A DNA stretch of 64,000 bases, taken from the IMG/VR virus record IMGVR_UViG_3300029288_005873, positions 256,001 through 320,000 of that record, one strand, 5' to 3'. Positions within the stretch are counted from its first letter, which is position 1, and every line of letters starts with the position of its first letter. The notes beneath the pieces were generated by a model. The model was not told where the DNA came from. It saw only the letters and a program-made list of their open reading frames with translations, and did no database searches. The translations under genes and the position numbers were made by a program. Below are positions 58,713 to 64,000 of the stretch, piece by piece. This stretch comes from a virus. Lineage: Duplodnaviria > Caudoviricetes.

Positions 58713-60167
58713 TTATGTATACATTGCATAAATATCAGTATATTGCATTCTAGCCTCTCCTGTTCCAGAAGCAAGTCTTAATTGTATATTTGCAGTTATA
58801 AAACTATCATTAGGTTCATAACCATCATTTATTGCAACCGAATCAGCCTCTAACGCTTCAGAATTTGCTGATGATGTTAATAAAATACTATCCGTACCGC
58901 CAGATCCAACAAAATTGATTTTACATTCGGCAGAACCTCCAGCATCAGAAGCCCATAAAGAAACCAAAGCTCTCCATCTACTAGGAGAAAGGTCTGAATC
59001 CCTCACGATACGAAAAGTCTTTTTTGTAACAAATACTGCTCCAGACTCGGAAAAATAGGAATCGTCAGAAAATACCAAAAATCTGTCGACCGTTCCAGCT
59101 GTGCCAGAAATTGTTTTCGGTCTCCAACGATTAGTTGAACTATCCCAAACCAGGCTATCACCATTAGTAGGTGCTGAAGCGGAGACATTAAAACCTTGTA
59201 ATTGGTCAGCATTTTGAGGTTGGTTAAGATAACCATCAAGATTCTCTACGCTGATTTCATCAAAACCTTCATCTTGATGTGAAGAAGCATGGGAGTGTCT
59301 CGAAGGACGCCAACGACTAGTTCCATCATCCCAAGCCAACAAGTCCTCACTGGATGGTATTGATCCAGAAACAAGAAAACCTTGTAATTGGTCAGCATTT
59401 TGAGGCTGGTTAAGATAACCATCAAGCCCTTGGACGCTTATTTCATCATCACCGGTGTCCTCATGCGTAGAGGCATGTGCTGCTGGTGTCTGTGGAGTAC
59501 TCAAAAGACCAGAAAGACCAGTAACACTTATTTCATCACTACCGCCATTCTCATGCGAAGCAGCATGAGCCTCTGGCGTCTGCGGATCGGCAAGAACACC
59601 AGAAAGACCCGTGACGCTTATTTCGTCACCACCACCGTTCTCATGAGAAGTAGCATGAGATGATGGTGTCTGCGGATCGGCAAGAACACCAGAAAGACCA
59701 GTAACACTAATTTCGTCAGATCCTCCATTTTGATGGGTTAGGTGATGATGTCCGGGTGTCGTTCCTCCAGCTTCTATTCCATCTTCGAGTTGACTAATCA
59801 ATGTTTCAACGGCCACATTCCATCCACCAAGCTCTGTAGTTTCACCCGGAGCCGGAATACGCAATCCAAGAAATGTTGTTTTAACAGCTGCTATTGCTGT
59901 TGCTATCAGTCTACCATTTGCTAAAAGTTGTATAAGGTATGATCCGGCTTTATCTGGAATAAATCCACATGTTGAAGATATATGGGAATCCAATGCTGCA
60001 GATGATCCAATTGGTTTGGACAGCATTCTCCAATTCCACGAAACCAAACTTGTATCAGATTGGCTTGATAAAACTACCAAAATCGAAAGCGCTAAATCGT
60101 CACGACTTTGCCCAGGAACTCCAGCAGGTTTGCCAGCCTGGTTAATTGTGATATTAACAGCAGCCAT
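58713..60167 (-). CDS. putative tail fibre protein with HxxxH repeats
   Basis: PKD-like N-terminus (W.W.MLSKPIGS...PDKAGSY); repeated H..SH..GG.DEISV. Confidence 0.65.
   Translation of the reverse strand: MAAVNITINQAGKPAGVPGQSRDDLALSILVVLSSQSDTSLVSWNWRMLSKPIGSSAALDSHISSTCGFIPDKAGSYLIQLLANGRLIATAIAAVKTTFLGLRIPAPGETTELGGWNVAVETLISQLEDGIEAGGTTPGHHHLTHQNGGSDEISVTGLSGVLADPQTPSSHATSHENGGGDEISVTGLSGVLADPQTPEAHAASHENGGSDEISVTGLSGLLSTPQTPAAHASTHEDTGDDEISVQGLDGYLNQPQNADQLQGFLVSGSIPSSEDLLAWDDGTSRWRPSRHSHASSHQDEGFDEISVENLDGYLNQPQNADQLQGFNVSASAPTNGDSLVWDSSTNRWRPKTISGTAGTVDRFLVFSDDSYFSESGAVFVTKKTFRIVRDSDLSPSRWRALVSLWASDAGGSAECKINFVGSGGTDSILLTSSANSEALEADSVAINDGYEPNDSFITANIQLRLASGTGEARMQYTDIYAMYT
59115..59750 (-). 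repeat. tandem intragenic repeats: ~90-bp/30-aa units followed by two longer variants
   Basis: HATSHENGGGDEISVTGLSGVLADPQTP-like x3, then DEISV..LDGYLNQPQNADQLQGF...RWRP x2. Confidence 0.85.
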
Positions 60168-60179
60168 TCTAGCCTCCAA

Positions 60180-63008
60180 TCATATACCGAGCAGTGTACG
60201 CATCTGCCCATCTGTTATCTCCTGGGTGGGATTTGCGAAACCTGCCTTTTTTAAATATGTGGTAATAAGAATACGCATACTCTGTGATGGTATTAAGTTA
60301 CCATATCCATCATCCAATATATCTTTTACCTTAATCATGAGTAAAGAAGTTGATGGATCATAGTACATTCCAACAACATCATCTATATTTCCACCCATGG
60401 GTACTGGCCATGAATTTGTAACAGATTGAAGAGATGCTGATATGCGTACTTTCCCAGAGGAAAAATCTCCCACCTGAACGAAACTCCTATCACTATATTT
60501 CATTGCTGGAAAACCCATCGCTGTTTTACCATTAGAGGATTCAGCTACAAAGGAATCAAACAACAGAAAACCAACATATCCATCAAGAATGGTTGGACTT
60601 CCGTATGAATCTGTAACAGGTATTCTCAAGGATAGATGCGAAACCTCAAAATCAAGAGGATGTGGTGTATTATCAGGTTTCAACACATATCCGTCGAGAA
60701 GTAAGTTTCCTGGTACAAAATAGTCATTCCTACCACCATAACACAAGTCACCATCAGGCTTCTCAGTAAAAGTTGTCGGAGCAAGCCTACTCATGTCGCA
60801 TATGTCGATTCTGTCGGGCAACCAGGTTCGAAAATAATCTATCTGCCAGATTATATCTGAGAAAGGTAGCGTCTGGAAAGCTGTATTGTCTGATGGTATA
60901 TCTGCTGTTGTAGAGAGTGGGTCAAGCTTATTTTCCACTTGTACAACCATTCTTTGGAAAGAAGATCCAGCCGGAAAAGTGGCAATAGTTTTGTCCAGAA
61001 AATCCTGAATCAAAGCGAGGTCGGTCGCATCTACTTTTCCATCACCATTCACGTCCGCACGAAGTATCTTATCCAAAGATATTAAACCTTGGATAAGTTT
61101 ATCTTGTGTTCCGCCAGGAGTTCCATCTGAAAGGTCATATCCATCCGGCATCCAGGATGCTACAATAGCTAAATCATCATCTGTTACTTCTCCATCTCCA
61201 TTAACATCCCCATATGCATCAGTATATAAATCTGTTGATACAATTCTATATTCATAACTTGACGATGAATCTGGAAGCAGGATAGATCCTACAGCATTAT
61301 TAGATAATAGGTCAGCATCAGGAGAAATAACATATAATCTATCACCATATACGGCTCCAGCAAGAGTTGTATTTCCAGATATGGATGTTGGATTACCTCT
61401 TGGATTTGTATCCTTTGCTCTAGCTAAAGCCAGTGGCACAATATCACTAGCCAAAAGGGTCTGAAAATCAGTATCATCTGTTGTGGATATTGATGGTGAT
61501 GGAGCAACCCTAGAGGATATATTATTACCAGTACGCGGATCCTGTCTCGGAGAACTATATGTTGATTGGACTTCAACAATCACAAAGTTCTTTGTATTTC
61601 TGGCTGTAGTCACCATTGGAACCGAGGCAACAAAATATGGTTGTTCAACACCACTAGAGTCAGCCATGAGGCGCGGAATTTCAACCCCGATTCCGTCCTG
61701 ATATGCTGTACCATCTGATACCTTCAAATAGTCTCCATGTACTTCGAACCACATATCGCTTTCATAAACATTAACCCATTGTGTTCCATCATAAACAACC
61801 ATGTAACCATTACTTGCAGTATGGACAGCTTCTTCCAGTAGGATTGTTCCCACATTTGCATTTCCTGCGCGCCCAATTGTAAGAACATAATATCTTCCAA
61901 TTTCCACTGGCGAAATCAATGGGTCTGCCACAGATGTTTCTGTAAGAACAAAATCAATTTTACGCGCATAGCCATCAAGAACGATGCCTTGGTTTGCAAA
62001 ATCGTTGGCATCCAATGACAGTTGCGCAAGTACTGTTGGATCCGGGTCAAAATCTTCCAAGTTATCAGGGGTGGGTTTTACTGGACAGTCTACGGTTGTC
62101 TGAAGAGCATATAAACCAAGAATAATCTGACCAGACCAATTGTACTCATTACCTGGAAGAGCCGAGTCGTCCCTTTTCACTGACAGGAGCACAGATATTT
62201 TCTGAATGTTTGTCCCACTAGCAAGGAATTTTTGTCCTATCCTAGTGGTTACGTCATCTGGAGCAAGCTCACGCTGATCTACTGAAGCAAGCTCTATATC
62301 GAGATCCGACACCGATCTTGATGGACCGATTATATCTTGTAGCAATTCTGTCAACGTTGTGGTGGAATCACCCACTTTGAAATTTACGAAAAACTGGTTA
62401 GGCTGAGCTGTCTGCCAGGCCATTAGGCTGTCAGAAGACACCTCCATTGGTTTTGTTTCGCGTATGACGCATTGCCCAACAAGCTGATATCCATTCATAG
62501 CTGGGTCTAGACTTCCAAACAAATTTCCCGCAAAATCGTTGAATAAAATCCCAAGAATTTCACGATAACGATTGTGTGTAACCTGTGTGCCATTCTCTTC
62601 AAATACAAGATCGTCATGTACAAGAGAACCACCAAAAGTCTCGCCAATTATCGAAACTTTTGTTGACATTGAACCAGAAAGCGCCGTTCCAGATATCGTA
62701 ACAGCTAACATGACACCATCTACAACATCTGAAACCTGCTGTAGACCGGATCCTATGTACACATTCTGTCCATCAAAACTGTATGCATCTAGAAGTGCTT
62801 GTTGCTGAGAGTTTAAGCTTGACGAATCAAATATTATGGGTGGAGATGCAGCATCACCAACCACACCACTGCCGAAGAAATTTGCTACAGTGGCTGCATC
62901 TATGCCGACATTTCTGCTCTGTTCATCACGCATATCGTTGCGCGTAAGTTGCATTCCGTCGTAGTAATTAACCCTTGTCAGGTTTACCGGCAAACGTGTC
63001 GTGCTCAT
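60180..63008 (-). CDS. large putative virion/baseplate protein with dockerin-like Ca-binding repeats
   Basis: N-terminal RVNYYDGMQL...EQ; GDVNGDGEVTDDDL and ADVNGDGKVDATDL. Confidence 0.6.
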   Translation of the reverse strand: MSTTRLPVNLTRVNYYDGMQLTRNDMRDEQSRNVGIDAATVANFFGSGVVGDAASPPIIFDSSSLNSQQQALLDAYSFDGQNVYIGSGLQQVSDVVDGVMLAVTISGTALSGSMSTKVSIIGETFGGSLVHDDLVFEENGTQVTHNRYREILGILFNDFAGNLFGSLDPAMNGYQLVGQCVIRETKPMEVSSDSLMAWQTAQPNQFFVNFKVGDSTTTLTELLQDIIGPSRSVSDLDIELASVDQRELAPDDVTTRIGQKFLASGTNIQKISVLLSVKRDDSALPGNEYNWSGQIILGLYALQTTVDCPVKPTPDNLEDFDPDPTVLAQLSLDANDFANQGIVLDGYARKIDFVLTETSVADPLISPVEIGRYYVLTIGRAGNANVGTILLEEAVHTASNGYMVVYDGTQWVNVYESDMWFEVHGDYLKVSDGTAYQDGIGVEIPRLMADSSGVEQPYFVASVPMVTTARNTKNFVIVEVQSTYSSPRQDPRTGNNISSRVAPSPSISTTDDTDFQTLLASDIVPLALARAKDTNPRGNPTSISGNTTLAGAVYGDRLYVISPDADLLSNNAVGSILLPDSSSSYEYRIVSTDLYTDAYGDVNGDGEVTDDDLAIVASWMPDGYDLSDGTPGGTQDKLIQGLISLDKILRADVNGDGKVDATDLALIQDFLDKTIATFPAGSSFQRMVVQVENKLDPLSTTADIPSDNTAFQTLPFSDIIWQIDYFRTWLPDRIDICDMSRLAPTTFTEKPDGDLCYGGRNDYFVPGNLLLDGYVLKPDNTPHPLDFEVSHLSLRIPVTDSYGSPTILDGYVGFLLFDSFVAESSNGKTAMGFPAMKYSDRSFVQVGDFSSGKVRISASLQSVTNSWPVPMGGNIDDVVGMYYDPSTSLLMIKVKDILDDGYGNLIPSQSMRILITTYLKKAGFANPTQEITDGQMRTLLGI

Positions 63009-63038
63009 GAAAAATCCTCCTGGCTATAACTGTAGCCC

Positions 63039-64000
63039 TTAACAGCCACTACTGTCTCCAAAATCAACAAACCCTCTAGTATGCGCTGGCTTAAGTCTTT
63101 CAATTAGTTTTACAATCAAGTCTTTGACATCCTGATTTGGTATAAGATGGAACGAATCGATGACAGTGACGAAAAAGTCAAAAATTCCAGCGGCATCATC
63201 ATGGACATTAGCCAAATGCTCAACAAGACTTTCCTCTGTATCAAAATCGAGAAGCAGTGTAGTAAGCGCATCATCAATAACTGGTTGAGCTGTATCCGTA
63301 TTACTGGTGTATAACAAATCATAACCTATAAGCTGTCCAGGACCACTTCCGCCGAGATATGATATTGGTCTAATCTCGTCTGAAAAACGTAGATTATCAA
63401 TTTTGGACATCGCTGGGAACTGTCCAGTAAAATCTCCGCCAATATACACTGTGGAAAAGAAATCAGTCATGTTTATATCAGCTAGAATATTCCTAGAAGC
63501 CTGTGTACCTGCTATTGCCTGACCCCAAATACCAGACATCCCATATCTTATTCCAGTTCCATACCTAAGCCCAGTTCCATACCTTATAGTTCCTCTTTCT
63601 GATCCATCTACCATAAGAATAAGTCTATCTTGATTATCTGAGTTGTTTAAACTCCATCCAACAAAAATACGGTGCCATGTGTTCTTTTTCCAATATATTG
63701 GAGCAGATATCTGGTAATCCGTTCCAGATGCTGTTACCAGAAGAACCAAGAAGCCATTTTCGTCTTTGAAGATACTAAACCGGTCCCCTTGGCTTGTTAT
63801 TGGAACATAGGTCACAATAGGTTGGCTATTTACGGGAATTGGCTGACCAAGATGAATGGTTACACCATCCGAATCTAAAGAGCCACCTGTGAAAAAGTTA
63901 GTATCATTCCCAGGTATAGTCACAGAACTAACAGATCGAGCTCTAACAGGAATGCTAACCACTAGAGATGATAAAACATTTCCAGAAACAAATTGATCCG
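63039..64000 (-). CDS. putative virion protein with LamG/concanavalin-like domain (5' end outside window)
   Basis: NTWHRIFVGW, LMVDG, IDNLRFS, TTLLLDFD, LKPAHT; frame open to the window edge. Confidence 0.65.
   Translation of the reverse strand, partial: DQFVSGNVLSSLVVSIPVRARSVSSVTIPGNDTNFFTGGSLDSDGVTIHLGQPIPVNSQPIVTYVPITSQGDRFSIFKDENGFLVLLVTASGTDYQISAPIYWKKNTWHRIFVGWSLNNSDNQDRLILMVDGSERGTIRYGTGLRYGTGIRYGMSGIWGQAIAGTQASRNILADINMTDFFSTVYIGGDFTGQFPAMSKIDNLRFSDEIRPISYLGGSGPGQLIGYDLLYTSNTDTAQPVIDDALTTLLLDFDTEESLVEHLANVHDDAAGIFDFFVTVIDSFHLIPNQDVKDLIVKLIERLKPAHTRGFVDFGDSSGC

Noticed and set aside
59115-59750. DNA direct repeats as a possible CRISPR array or DGR
   Set aside because: In-frame coding repeats with synonymous variation; no unique spacers, cas or reverse transcriptase gene.
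1-64000. Stop-codon reassignment, as in some large phages
   Set aside because: Conserved genes are full length under code 11, and TAA, TAG and TGA all terminate genes.
1-64000. tRNA or rRNA genes
   Set aside because: Intergenic gaps are short and I saw no cloverleaf or T-loop signature; tRNAscan would be needed for certainty.

Overview
A 64-kb segment of what is most likely a large (jumbo/huge) tailed bacteriophage genome. Essentially all credible genes lie on the minus strand, tightly packed and often translationally coupled, using the standard code. In transcription order (right to left) the window holds: (i) virion-type genes: a LamG-like protein, a dockerin-containing protein, an HxxxH-repeat fibre and a Gly-rich protein; (ii) a small RHH regulator missed by the ORF track, then a ~19.5-kb glycan locus (RmlA/RmlB/FdtA/FdtB, Gmd/Fcl, ~9 glycosyltransferase genes, methyltransferases, no flippase/polymerase/ligase); (iii) a tubulin/FtsZ-family GTPase next to an SF2 helicase, DnaC-like loader and DnaB; (iv) a prkA-yeaH-spoVR operon, SLOG protein, sigma-70 factor and class II RNR; (v) PIN-PhoH with a class 3-type intein; (vi) three more virion-type genes, MetAP, Tmk, an amidase endolysin and ThyX; (vii) small hypotheticals and an ASCH-zincin-topoisomerase IB multidomain protein running off the left edge. 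The most notable signal is the tripeptide DGY: by hand count it occurs 22 times in six virion-type proteins and I found none in the other credible genes. The glycan operon and one structural operon also share a TATCAATA-N5-GCATT promoter-like motif. Together these suggest a phage-encoded, sequon-directed (possibly tyrosine O-linked) virion glycosylation system; this is inference and untested. No tRNA, rRNA or CRISPR array was recognised.
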